DNA of 64,000 bases from the NCBI RefSeq assembly GCF_018350175.1, contig NC_058368.1, positions 200,386,001-200,450,000 of the forward strand, given 5' to 3'. Shown piece by piece: positions 50,676 through 63,605 of the stretch (the first letter of the stretch is position 1; each line of letters starts with the position of its first letter). The translations under genes and the position numbers were made by a program. Source of the stretch: Felis catus (Eukaryota). The notes beneath the pieces were generated by a model, which saw only the letters and a list, made by a program, of their open reading frames with translations, searched no databases and was not told the DNA's origin.

Positions 50676-52058
50676 TGTCAGATATCTTTTCTTATCTCTT
50701 CAATGTAGGCCTCACCAGGTTTTCTGTATACTTAGTACCTTTCAGAAAAAAAAAAAAAAGCCTAAAATAACTTGTAGCAACTTGTGGATTTAAAAGTATG
50801 GCATGACTTCATGTTCTCCTACATATTGTTTCAGAAAATTCATCTTGCTACAAAACAAGTTTAAGTGAGTAAACAAACAGTTTATTCTGATTACTCCATT
50901 GTAAGTTTCATTTGGCATCAAGAACAGTCCTATCCCACCTGGAGTACATTTCACACAAGAGATACCTATTTGCATTACTGTAATTTTATTATCAACATAG
51001 ATAAGTTTTCATTTCCAACACTCTTAATCCTAATCTTGAATTTTACTCTTATATACTTTATTAGCACCTGGTAATGGAGGTTCTCTTTCTAAATGGACAA
51101 TTTGTTTATTTCCATTAAGAATGTAGCAGCATGCTTCAGATGTATAACCAAGAGAGAACAAAACAGGGAAAATAACATGTTGTTCAGACTTAGTTGAGTT
51201 AATAAATGAGACATGTGATTTGAAATATTAAAGAACAGTGATAAAAATGGATTTCAGACTATGTATTATTCTAGAGCACACTTTTCACTACTATCGTGAT
51301 CTTATTTCTGCTGTCGAATGAAGTTTCCAGCTCCATTTTAAATCAGATACATTAAGGCCACTATAGTCATCACAGAACATTCCCATGAGAATGGTGAGAG
51401 GGTTTCTTGATTCCAGTGTAAGAAAGCTATCTGTCACTTTATCTGATTGAGCTCTCTTAACTGATGCCATGCCTGCTTACATAGGAGCTACCATGCTTTG
51501 TCAGAAAGGCTTGTGTAGTGAGGCAAAATGGAGAGGCAAGTGAGATGCCTTTGCTAAATGAATAAGATGATTCATGTGACTTTTTAATCCTGTATCTATT
51601 CATTGTGATATTTAGTTGTACAACTTCTCAATTGGGAGAACGTGAATCTTTATGGGACAGTTGTCCGGCCTATGTCATAATTTAGTCAGCATGCCACATT
51701 ATTTATGTATTATGAATCCAGAACCCTGATAGTGGATCTAAGAAATCTATAGATTCACTGCTTAATAATGAGAAAACTGCATGTTGTAGTATTTGAACTA
51801 TACCCCATCAGTAATTGACTGCAAAGTGAGCATGAATCCAACAGTAGTTGGTGGAGAGGATGTTAATGAAACATAAAATGTAATTTCCAAATTTAAAGAA
51901 AAATAATTATTATACCACATGATATTATGCTGGATATATTGGGCTAGAAAATGGGGAAAACCACCAGGAGAGAGAGAGAGAGGGAGAGAGAGAGAATCAC
52001 AGAAACACAGGAGGTGAATTAAATTGTGAGAGATAGTGGAGAAATGAGTCATTGTGTC

Positions 52059-52294
52059 TTTTTTACTTATTTTTAAAATTAATTTTATTAAATAATTGTT
52101 TTGTTTATTTTTGAGAGAGAGACAGGGCACAAGCAGGGTAGGGGCAAAGAGAGAGGGAGACACAGAATCCGAAGCAGGCTCTAGGCTATGAGCTGTCAGC
52201 ACAGAGCCTGATGCAGGACACGAAATCATGAGCCATGAAATCATGACCTGAGCCAAAGTCAGAGGCTTAACTGACTAAGCCACCCAGGGGCCCC
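52059..52294 (-). mobile_element. Can-SINE
   Basis: GAGACACAGAATCCGAAGCAGGCTC..GCCACCCAGGGGCCCC. Confidence 0.92.
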
Positions 52295-52325
52295 TTTGTT
52301 TATTTTGAATAGTATTGCATCCTTT

Positions 52326-52531
52326 CTATTTTTTTAATTTTTTCAAATGTTTATGTATTTTTGAAAGAGAGCGAGACAGAGAGAGAGAGGGAGAGGGAGA
52401 GGGAGACAGAGAATCCAAAGCAGGCTCTACACTGACAGCAGAGAACTTGATGCGGGGCTCAAACTCACAAACCAGGAGATCACGACCTGAGCCAAATTCG
52501 GATGCTTGACGACTAAGCCACCCAGGCACCC
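52326..52531 (-). mobile_element. Can-SINE
   Basis: TSD TATTGCATCCTTT (52313-52325, 52534-52546). Confidence 0.93.
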
Positions 52532-53959
52532 TATATTGCATCCTTTTTAAAAGTATGTTCTTGAAAAATAGATGTGGTGTTTTAAGAGAGCATCTTTTGT
52601 ATGAACCACACCACAGATCTGTGGCCCATTATAAACCTAAATAACAATAAATGCCCTGCTTATTAAAAACCACTTCAAGGGAAGAGAAAAACTTGAGTAG
52701 AAAAACACTAAAAATGTATTCTCAACAAAGCAAGCTTATGAGAACTTGGCTGTTTATGTCTTAAGGCACAGCCAAGGTGTAGCCCTCCCCATAGGGACAA
52801 CCAAATTAATTGCAGATCAAGAAGTAGGTAAGGAAGACATGGGCAAGCCATCGTATCCCCAACTCTTACAGACAGGGAAAGGAGTGCATTTTATGTATGA
52901 TTTGGACAGAAGGGGTCAGAAGAAAATCACAAACAGAACAGAAGACAGGAAATTGATGAAGTTGTTAGTAACTTAAACATTGTAACAGGTGCATTGTTCA
53001 CACAATAGAATGAGCAGTACCAATGATAAAGTGCTGGGATACCATGCAGATGGTAAACAGTCAGTCCCTTTCATGAAACTCCCAAGAGTTTGCCAGAATA
53101 CATCAACTAAGTGTTTAAACCTGGAGCAGCAGGGTTTTTAGGACTCTGTCCAGATCTAAGGTCACCATCCATTCTGACTGCGGTGCTAGTGCTAGTGGCT
53201 TAGTATTATTGTAACATCAGGGCATCAACATATGTTTTTGTTTTAATTTAAAAAAATCTCTAGCAAAATGAAAAAATGCTTTAGAAACTTTAGGAATGAC
53301 ACAGAAATTTATAAACATGAGCAATTATAGTGGTGCTATATATTATTCTTAATAGAAATTAATTTGAAATAGGACTCTATGGCAGAGACACCACAAGCAT
53401 ACATTGAAAATGGGAAATTTCCATCAGTTTCTATAGACACTATGTCTATCACTGAGCTGAATTTTGGGAATAATGGGAGTGGTTAGAAATCTTAAAACTG
53501 CCTGGGACTTCATTTTTTCTCATCCTTATTATGGTGGAGTATTAACCGTGTAACAGATATTAACGAGAAAATGACTACAAGATACTTTATATTGTTTTCA
53601 AGCAAACATTTTAGAATGGGTAAAAATGTGTATATCTTTGATCGTGATAGAATTTGGCTTCTTCTAAATGCTGAAGATTTTTCTCTCCTTCTTATCTGTG
53701 CCATAGCTACCAAAACATCAGGCCATATTTCTATCAATCTTTCCTCTAGGATCTTAACATATTTTACTTTATTTTTTTTTCAACCTTCTTTCAGGAAATA
53801 TTTATCCATTAAATTTGTACTTTCCAATCCTTCTTTTCTCAAAGTTGTTTCAATACATTGTCCACATTGCCAACAGTTGGGTTTATTTTTGTTGTTGTTG
53901 TTGTTGTTATAATAATAATAACTATTATTATTATTAATGCTATTGATTATTATTTTATG

Positions 53960-54387
53960 TCAGATTTTGCTTAAAAGCTCTTTATCATTTTCATTGTATT
54001 TAGGATAAAACCAGAATATTTGCAAAATCTATCCACCCCACTTACTTTTCCAGATTTTCCTTGTCTATCTTAGTGTCCTATTTCCCCAGGCTTTCACCCC
54101 TTCACACACATACGTACTCTTTGTTTCACCCAAAATCTTTTACTTTTTGAATGTGTCACATGATCCTTAAACTTTAGGACATTATACCATATATTCTTTC
54201 TGCCTAAAATGCTTTTAACCCTCCTATTCTGCCACACTCGACTAATTCCTACTGATTGTGAGATCTCAACTATTTCATCTGGAATTACTTGCCTTCCTTG
54301 TGATTGTACAGGCTGCCTTAAAGAAGACTTAACATCTACCTTCATGTCTTGCACATAGATGCTGGATAAATATTAGTTGAATAAATA
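53960..54387 (+). mobile_element. L2 3' end
   Basis: TGCTTAAAA..TTAGGATAAAA..; ends GCACATAG..ATAAATATTAGTTGAATAAAT. Confidence 0.65.
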
Positions 54388-57060
54388 TATGAAGAATGCC
54401 CTTGGACTTCCTATGCTCTTTTTCAAATCAGTTTACACCATGACTTTACCTAAATCTCTTTCTCCTTTGCCAGAAGAAGAAATGTCCTTCCCCCTCTTCA
54501 AAGCTAGTTCCTCCATAGGACCTCTGGTCAGCCTTTCCCCAACCCCCACACACAAAACCATCCTTCATCAATAATCCCTTCCTATTTAGGTATCTTCAGA
54601 TTCTCCCTACCTCCATTGGATGGTTTTTAATCATACTAAATATAAGAAGTAAGTATACATATTACTTAAAGCTAATATGGGTATACTTATTACAAACTTC
54701 CAAAAAGCAAATCAAAACAAAACAAACCTTACCATCCCAGGTTTTCATTATATGGAAAACATAAAGTTTGCATTGTTTATTATTGGATCAATTTGAAACA
54801 ATTTGAAACAAGCAAGAGGAAAGAGATGGGAGAGGTTTACACACTTAAAAGAGGGTGTGGGGGATGGAATGATCACACTACCCAATCCTGTGGTATTCAA
54901 TATTCTTAGGAAAATAGGTGAGACTTAAGTTCAGAAGCAAGTAGCTTGTGAGACATTTTAGACAAAAAAATAGATAAAGTATATGTGGAAGTGATAGAAG
55001 AAGAGGAAGTGATAGAAGACCAAATAAATGTGAAATGTTCCTCTATTCATCAACCTTCCCCACTGACAGTGTGGATGTTAGGCCAGAGTTGATGGTATAC
55101 AGACTAGATCAGCAGATTAAACTTGTTTGGAGCTACATTTGCTGTATTTGAGCAATGCAAGACTACCACAGTACAACTTCCACCCTGAGCCATCACTCCT
55201 TCAGCTGCTTCTGCCTGGGATGTCTGTCTGGCTTCCACCTTTTCTGGGAGATCCTCACCAAGTTTCAAGTTCCTGGTCAAGGTGTCTACCTCTAGGAATC
55301 CTTGTTGATATATGCTCCTGTAATTCTAGGTGCTACTGTAGCAGATGCATTTTCTCTATGATACTGAATAGAAAATATTTTTTCATGTAGAAAATTCCCT
55401 TATCATATATCACATATCTATTTGTACACCTGTAATATGTTTCCAGATAGTGTGAATTATTGTTGAATTTTCTTCTGTGGACAATCTGTCAAATGCTGTT
55501 CTTTGTCAAGGGTATATAATTTACCTTGGATATTTTTTGCAAATACTAGTATTTAGATTTTAGGGAAAACATCACAGTTTTATTTTTAGTAGTATAAATC
55601 TAGGTGCAATCGATACCTGTTAATTCAATTTTGTGTTTGTTTCTTCATTTATAAATCTCTGTCTATATATTATAAATATTTGGCTTAATTATAAAAATAT
55701 GAAGTTATTTATTATATTCCTTGCTCTAGTTATTTTAAGTTTGATTAAGGCTAGCATGAGTTACTTATTTAAAAGAGAATCCCAATAAATAAGAGGAAAT
55801 CAAGGGTACTTTCCATATTTAAACATTCAATAAGAGTTGTTCAAGTGAAAGATTATTACCAAATATCTTCTCTTTTTTAAAAAAAGTTATCCATATATCT
55901 CGTTTTCTTTTTATTAGAGAGAATTAAGTTACTTCAATGAAAGTTTGTGAGTTTCAGAAATTGTACTTAGTGATTTAAAACCATAGAGAGTTAATTGCAT
56001 ACTTAAATATATGTCCCTAGGACCCTCTGAAAAGGCAGTCTTAAGACCCATATAATATGTTCCTACTTTCCCAGTGCTTGCTTATCTGCTTTTTATCAAC
56101 AGGAGTTTTACAAGGTCCTTATTTTTGCAAGCAAGTTAACATGGAGTCTTTGTAAAGAATTCCAGTAAAGTACTCTGATTTTCCAACATTCTAGGTTACA
56201 TTTTCACTCTTGTTTTTCCTAAGTTTTTTGCTTTCAAATAATTGGTAAGAATTTTATTTTTTTAAGGGCTCCTCATGTTTCTTAAATCAATCACCTGATT
56301 CTCTACTTACGGCTTCCATATAATTGCTCCTGTAATTTTAGATAAAGGAATAGAAAAAAATCTAGAAAAATCATTATATATATTTCGGTTCTGAGCCTAT
56401 CCTGTTTACTCAATTTTATGTTCAGATTTCTTCATAAATGTGTTCTATGTGTTGCATGCCAGTTACACAATGTATGAAATTATTTTCTAAACGTTTGTGT
56501 TTTTTCTTTACAACTGAATAGATTATTTTAAATTTAAATTTGATTAAAGTTGGAATTACTTTCTTATGAAACTTAACCATAATAAATTATAATAAAAGGG
56601 AGGAATCAAAGACCAGAAAGTATGCTTGCCTTCCATATTCAAAGATTCAAAAAATATTTGTCAAAGTGAAAGATCATTAAAAGAAAATATCTTTCTTTCT
56701 ATTCAATTTCCCATAAAGGTAGGGGGTGAACAGTGGAATTAGTAGTCTGGGATTTCTTGAATTTAATTGCCTAATAGACTTGACATGGTACTTAGTAACT
56801 TTTTTTTAACCTAAAACAAATACCTTCTCTCTTGCTCTGTATCTATCAGTGTAGAGTCAAGCTCACGAAAATGTCTTTTGTATGCCTTATTTGTTGTTTT
56901 ACTTGTTTAACATGTTAAAAATACAAATATTCATGAGTCCATACCCTGGAAAAGTTCTATACCCCCAACAAAATGATCATTCATCTTAATCTACTAGCTC
57001 ATAGGCGAGAGAGAGGTAGAAGGTTTGGGAGAGGATGTTCTTGAAATACAACAGTGTTTA

Positions 57061-57277
57061 TTTTTAAAAAAAGTTTCAATATTTTTATTCATTTTTGAGA
57101 GACAGAGAGAAACAGAGCACTAGCAGGGAGGAGTAGAGAGAGAGGGAAACACAGAATCAGAAGCCGCTCCTGGCTCTGAGCTGTCAGCACAGAGCCTGAA
57201 GCAGGGCTGGAACCCAAGGACCTCGAGATCATGACCTGAGCCTAAGTCAGACACTTACTGAGCCACCCAGGTGCCTC
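57061..57277 (-). mobile_element. Can-SINE
   Basis: TSD AATA(C/G)AACA(G/A)TGTTTA (57045-57060, 57280-57295). Confidence 0.93.
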
Positions 57278-57808
57278 ATAATAGAACAATGTTTAAAGAA
57301 GCATTTGTATCTTCCTACTGAATCGTATAACACAAGATGAGTGAATTATTTGTTGTTTTTGAGCAAATTGAAGAGGCAGGCAGATATTTGATTCCATGAT
57401 GAGAAAATAGTTGTGGTTAAGAACAGAAAATTTTACATGTATTTGTTTAATTTACTACAATTAATAATGTAAAATTTCTCTTGTATAGATTATAGCATGT
57501 GGACATTTTTTTCTAACTGTTCATAGAGAATCAGTTGATAAAGACTTACAACAAAAGACCAGTAATACATCAGTGAGGTTGGAGAAATGGTGATAAAAAG
57601 GGGAGGATAAGATTTGGGGTAAGTCCAGATTTGACTGGACTTCCATTCCTATTCTGACATTCACTAGTCATTAATACTTTTACTTGATTTTCCCTTATAT
57701 TTTACAATGGTTAAATGAGAAATGGCATATACATAAATTACTTTCAGTATTTAATTGAATATATTTTAATTACTTCTGTCATTTTCTTTCTTTGAACACA
57801 TTTTCCCC

Positions 57809-58198
57809 CCTTCTCCTTTACCTGTTTCCATATATATATATAATATTTATATATTAATAATGTATTAATTATTATTATTTTATAATATTGACATTATATT
57901 ATCATATAATATCGATATTATATTATCATATATTATATAACATCAATATTATATATTATTAATTAACATTAATTAATATTAATATTATTGATAATATATT
58001 ATCATATATTATTATATAATAGAATATCAATAATATTAAAATCAATATTAATTTATATATTGACAAGTGCAATATTAGTTATTAATAAATAAATATAATA
58101 TTAATCTTATATATTTATATTTATATAAATATATATGGAAACAGGTAAAGGAAAAGGAATATATATATTATATATTATAATATAATTATATTATATTG
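57809..58198. repeat. AT-rich low-complexity block with flanking and nested inverted repeats
   Basis: Arms 57809-57837 and 58129-58157 are reverse complements at 28/29 positions; internal palindromes. Confidence 0.9.
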
Positions 58199-58814
58199 AG
58201 GTGAGGTGTAATCAACTCAAACGTCTTTGTCAAATGTGCAAATGACTCCCAGATCTCCATCTTCTTTTACTAAAATGGCTCCAGGCCTTATGTTTTCTTA
58301 TTTTTATTTTTTTCATTTTCCTTCATGACTAATGCTCCTTGAACTATCCTATTCTACATAACATTTTTGAGGTAAAGCCTTTATTTTTATCCACACTTTG
58401 TACGTAGTTTCCCTCTGTCTTTTTATCTTTTACTATTTCAGAGTTACTCTCGTTTTACCTCCCAATGACTACTGCTAATTAGAATTTATTTTATTTACCT
58501 TTTTAATTAAATGGTTAGATATCGCCTTTTTATTAATTTACTTAGAATACAGTGGGCCTATGATGAGTTTAATTTGGATTGCTATTACAAACAAGCCATA
58601 TTCAAAAGTCTTTAACCCATATTGCATTTTGGAGCTCTCATTTCCTTATTCGGCTTAAATGATTATACATCAAACTTTCTGACTTTTCTTTAAAGATAAG
58701 AATGATATTAGATAAATTTCACTAATCAAATTAAAAACTAATTTAGAAGAAACAGGTTAGGACCATAAATTTTAATGTAGACATTTACAAGCTCTTGTTT
58801 CAAAGGAGCAGTAT

Positions 58815-59710
58815 AATCTTTGATTCTGAAAAGTGTACAGTTCTGTGAGTTCTGGCAAATATATACAATTTTGTGACCCTGTACCACAGCCAAGATTTAG
58901 AAGGGCTCCAACATCCCTCCAAATTTTCTGTTGTTCATTTGTAGCCAACTCCTGCCAACCCTAGCCCCTGGCAGCTACTGATCTATCTTGTGCCTATATA
59001 GTATTACCTTTTCCCAAATGTCATATAAATGGAATCATACCATCTGTACTCCTGTGGCCTGGCTTCCTTTACTTAGCAAAATGCATTTGCAATTCATCCA
59101 TGTTGTTGTGCATGTATTTATACCTTGTTAATTTTATTGCTAATGAGTACTCTATTACATGGATGTACCCTTTCATTAGCCATTACTGGTTGAAGTACAT
59201 TTGAGTTGGTTCCAGTTGTTGACAATCATGAGTAATGCTTCTCTAAACATTTACATGCAAGTTTTTGTACAAATACAAGTTTTTCCTTCTCTTAGGTAAA
59301 TAACTAGGAGTAGATTTGCTAGGTTTTATTATAAATGTGTGTTCATTACTTTTTTAATGTGTGTTTAATTTTAAAAGAAGCTACAAACCTTTCCAAAGTT
59401 GCTATACATTGAGTTTCCACAAGCAATGTATGAGATTTCCAAAAACACAAAGTCATTCTGTTAGATGTAGGTACCTCCAATGGTGGTATAACATTAATTT
59501 TCATTTCCCTAAAGACAGATAATTATAAACATCTCCTCGTGTGCTTATTTGCCATCCATATGTTTTCTTTGGTACACTACTGAAGAATTTTATCAAAATT
59601 GTATTGCATTATTTTCTTATTGTTGAATGTATGTATGTATAAATACACAAATATAGATAGATAGGTAGATAGGTAGGTATATAGATAAATATACATATAC
59701 ATACACATAC

Positions 59711-59747
<37 letters not shown>

Positions 59748-59830
59748 TATATAATTTTTCAGGATTCATGTCCTTTATCTTATATGGAGTTTTCAAATAT
59801 TTTCTCCTAGCTTGTGAATTTTTTTTTCTG
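58815..59830 (-). mobile_element. Old L1 3' UTR (L1MB-ME-like)
   Basis: CCCTAGCCCCTGGCAGCTACTGATCT..AATGTCATATAAATGGAATCATAC..TTTACTTAGCA..ATTCATCCATGTTGTTG. Confidence 0.8.
59628..59752 (+). repeat. Compound (TATG)/(TAGA)/(TACATA)n microsatellite
   Basis: Direct tandem repeats. Confidence 0.9.
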
Positions 59831-59874
59831 CATGGCTTTAAGTATCTCTGGTCCTGATTTATAATAAGAATTTC

Positions 59875-61407
59875 TTTTTTGTAAGACTTAACTTTTTAGT
59901 GTACAATAAAATTGAGAGAAATGTACAGAAATTTTCCATATTCTTGCATGACTTCCCACCTGCATAGCCTCTTCCATTATCACTTGCCAGAATGGTACAT
60001 TTTTTACAAAGTTAAGCCTACCTTGACATATATATAATAATCATCCAGAGTCTGTACTTTATCTTATGGTTCACTCTTGGTGTTGTCTGAGCTTTCAGGA
60101 TCTGTGATTTGGTGTCTGACATTAATTCATCAGAATGCTCAATCATTGTTTTAAATATTTCTTTTGTTCATTTTTGTTTTTCTTTTTTTGATATTCCATT
60201 ATACTTATGTTATACCTTTTGGAGTTGTCCCACAGCCCTTGGATAGTCTGTTCCTTTATCTTTTTTTTTTTCCAGTCTTTGTTTTTATTTATTTACTTAC
60301 TTGGTTTTGAGGACTCTAGTGATGTATCTTCTAGCTTAGAGATTCTCCTGCAGCTATGTCCAATCTCCTTTAAGTCCTTCGAAGTCTGTATTCATTTCCA
60401 TTACAGTTCTTTTTAGTTCTAGCACTTTTTTTTTAGTTTTTTTCTTAGGATTTATATCTCACTATTCTTACATTCTGTCATGTTTTTCTGTGTCTCTTTA
60501 TCCATAGAGATCCCTTAACATTGTAGTCATAGTTGTTTAAATTCTCTGAGGATTCCACCATGGCATTCTTGCCATGTCTGCTAATGATGCTTGTTATGTC
60601 TCTTCAAATTGTGTTTGTGACTGTTTAGTATGCCTTGTGATTTTTTTCCTGATAGCCTGATATTATGTAACAGGTAAATGTCAGCGCTGTAAAAGGCCTT
60701 TAGTAATGTGGTAAGGTGTGAAGGGAAGGAAAGCATTCTACAGTCCTATAATTAGGTCTCAGTCTTTTACTGAACCTATCCCTCTAGACTGTGAACTTCA
60801 CAAGTGTTTCTGTTTTTGTCTCTCCTCTTAAGGAAGAGTAACTAAAGCTGGTTGGAGTTGGGTAGTTCCCTTCCCCCAAGTTAGTTTGGCTCTAATTAAT
60901 ACTCCAGCTGATAAGCTCTGGTTAACTAATTTCCCCTGCTGACAGGCCTTGTTAAAAAGAATGGGATGCTCTTACATATTTCAAAATGGTTCCTTTTGCT
61001 CTTTCTTTCCTGGAAGTCTAAGGGAATTTTTCTTTAGTATTTTCTGTGGGAATCTGATCAAGCTCCTGGAGGCAAATCATAGTATTGATGACTGGGTCCC
61101 TCTACAGTTTTTAACTCTCAGTTGTCTGCACTGAACCTTCATCAATTTGTCAGTTAAATAAAGTTCAGGTTTTCCTACCGTGATATTGGTTCCTGTGGAA
61201 ATTTCTACTTGTGAGTCTCAGATCTGGTAAGCTCTGAGTCCTTGTATTCATCTGTCTGTCTCTAATTTGAAGGACAGCAGTTTGCCCTCTGTCCTCTCCT
61301 GTCTTATAGATTCAAAAAGAGTTAATGACTGTTCAGTTTATTCAGCTCTTGACTTGCTGTTAGGACAGCATGGTGACTCCCAAGCACCTTACATGCAGAA
61401 CCAGGGA
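59875..61407 (-). mobile_element. Internally deleted L1MC-like element (5' UTR/ORF1 start fused to 3' terminus)
   Basis: 59875-60088 resembles the L1MC 3' end (GCATAGCCTC..CCATTATCA..GGTTCACTCTTGGTGTTGT); 60089-61407 resembles the reverse L1 5' UTR/ORF1. Confidence 0.7.
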
Positions 61408-61409
61408 AT

Positions 61410-62170
61410 TATTTTCTCCTGTTAACAATGTCTTTAACAGAGCAAATTATTTTAATTTTGATAAACTCTAATTTATTATTTTTCTCTGAAATATTATGTT
61501 TTTGGATATGTATCTATCTTTGTTTAATCTAAGGTCTAAAAATTATGTTTTCTTATAGAAATTTTATAGCTTTATATCTTGTTGATTTCTTTGAAATTAT
61601 TTTGAGGTAATTTTTATTAAGGTGGAATGTTTAGATCAGTTTTTTGTTTATTTGGTTTTTGTTTACAAATAAATGACTAGTCAGAAACAATAGTTGAGAA
61701 ATCTCTTCTTTTTCCATTAATTGTTTTTGTGTTTTGTCAAAAATCCATTGGCAATATTTATGAGTGTGTTTTTGGATGCTGTATTCTACTAAATTGTTCT
61801 ATATGTCAAGCTTACCATTAAGACCTCACTGAAGTCTGGAAATCAGTTAGTATGAGTCCTTCAACTTTTTCTCTTATCACCTTTTTTTTTTTTTTTGGGA
61901 AATTCTAGTTCCCTTATACATTTTTCAATCAGTTTGTCCATCCCTACCAAAAGTTCTGTTTGATTGGATTTTAACTGAGATTACTTCAGACATATAGATC
62001 AATTAGGGGATAACTGTCATCTTAAGAATATTAAGTTTTCCAATCCATGAACACTGTATATCTCTCCATTTATTTAAGCCTTCTTTGATTTCTTTCATCA
62101 GTATTTTGTAGTTTATAACACAAAGTTACTAGACATATTTTGTTAGATTAAACCTATATATTTCATTGTA
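61410..62170 (-). mobile_element. Old L1 ORF2 3' region (probable continuation of the 58815 element)
   Basis: TTTTAATTTTGAT..; TTTGTCAAAAATC..; CAATCCATGAACAC..TATATCTCTCCATTTATTTA. Confidence 0.75.
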
Positions 62171-62934
62171 GCTTTGTTCATTTCTTTTGACTAACAAAGG
62201 CATTCACATTATTTTCCTCTAAAGCATAATAATAATTAAAAAAGCTGAGTTCATTGTTGAAGACTAAAGATTTTTCTGATTTAATCATGCAGGTTGGAAG
62301 TTTTACATGTTATCAGGGGTATTTTGCATGTCCTTATCCACATTCATCATTTTGCTCCTCTAATATTAACAATACACTTCTAAAACAGATTGAAGAAACA
62401 AAATTAAACTTATTTCTCCCCTTTAATTGAGATATGAATCTCCAGGAATGACTACACTTTTCTTAGAAGTCAACTAGAGGTTTTTGGCAGAAAAATGTTG
62501 TCTCCTAAATCATAGCCCATTGTGAATTAATCTGTCACAGATTGAAAATGTTAGTGCTATTCCAAGAGATTTGGCAGTCTCTACTACATTTAATTGTAGA
62601 CATCTTCTATACTTATGATGAGTCTTTTGGTTCAGTTCTACATTATAGAATTGTTTTTCTGAATACATTTGAAGTAACAATGAAAAATTCACCTTTAATT
62701 TCACTCCTTTATAGCATGACCGATAAATATATCTCAGTTGAGATGACAAGAAAATAAATAGATACCTTCTGAACATTTCTAAATTCACCCATGAACAGAC
62801 AATGACAGCTATATCATAACCCAATCCATTTCCTGACACATGACATTTTTCTTTAGTATGAATCATAAGAATTCCCATTTCAGAGAAGATAAAATATGAT
62901 AAAATATATATGACAGAGTTGAAAAAATTATTAA

Positions 62935-63320
62935 TTGTTACTTATTGAGAACATTCTCTACATAAGATCTTTCTAGTTTTAAACATTTTGGAATGGACTT
63001 TGTATGTATCATGCCATTTAATCATTATAAAATACTCTATGAGAGGGGCGCCTGGGTGGCTCAGTCTGTTGAGCGACCAACTTCAGCTCAGGTCACGATC
63101 TCACGGTCCATGAGTTCGAGCTCCACATCAGGCTCTATGCTGCCAGCTCAGGGCCTAGAGCCTGCTTAAAATTCTGTGTCTCCCTCACTCTCTCTCCTCC
63201 TCCCCTGCTCGCGCTCTGTCTCTCTCTCAAAAGTGAATAAAGATTTTTTTTTAATTTAAATACTCTATGAGAAATATACTTATAACTCTTTTCATATGAG
63301 GACACTGAAATAACAACCAG
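62935..63320 (-). mobile_element. MIR interrupted by a SINE
   Basis: CTTATTGAG..; CATTTAATC...CTATGAG; TTTCATATGAGGACACTGA. Confidence 0.6.
63045..63257 (+). mobile_element. Can-SINE
   Basis: GGGGCGCCTGGGTGGCTCAG head; perfect 15-bp TSD AAATACTCTATGAGA (63030-63044, 63258-63272). Confidence 0.95.
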
Positions 63321-63379
63321 GAAGCCAAGTCTTGGTTCCCATAATGCATCAGTAGTGGCATATGAGGCCTTAAGAAATG

Positions 63380-63605
63380 TGATGCTCCCTCTCCCAGGAA
63401 ATCTTACCTGACATCAAAAGCTTTACACTGACTCTCAAATGGATTTAGTTACCCTGTCTCTATGATCATGCAATATGGCCTGTAAAAACCTATCACTGTG
63501 TTTTTCCACATTGCATTATAATGATCTGTTTCTGTGTTTATCAATACTCTTAGAGTCTGAACTTCTTGAAAGCAAGAACTATGCTTGTTTCACTCTGTTC
63601 ACTGA
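63380..63605 (+). mobile_element. L2 fragment
   Basis: CACATTGCATTATAATGATCTGTTT..TAGAGTCTGAACTTCTTGAAAGCAAGAACTATG. Confidence 0.55.

Noticed and set aside
62510..62878. 122-aa minus-strand ORF and overlapping 71-aa plus ORF
   Set aside because: No recognisable domain, AT-rich codon usage, no convincing splice or promoter context.
14178..63257. Recurrent ORF peptides such as EPASDSVSPSLS, MAQSVE and RERERE
   Set aside because: Translations of Can-SINE bodies and microsatellites, not a protein family.
1..63257. SINE strand bias as an indicator of host-gene orientation
   Set aside because: About 11 plus versus 16 minus copies; too weak to infer a direction.
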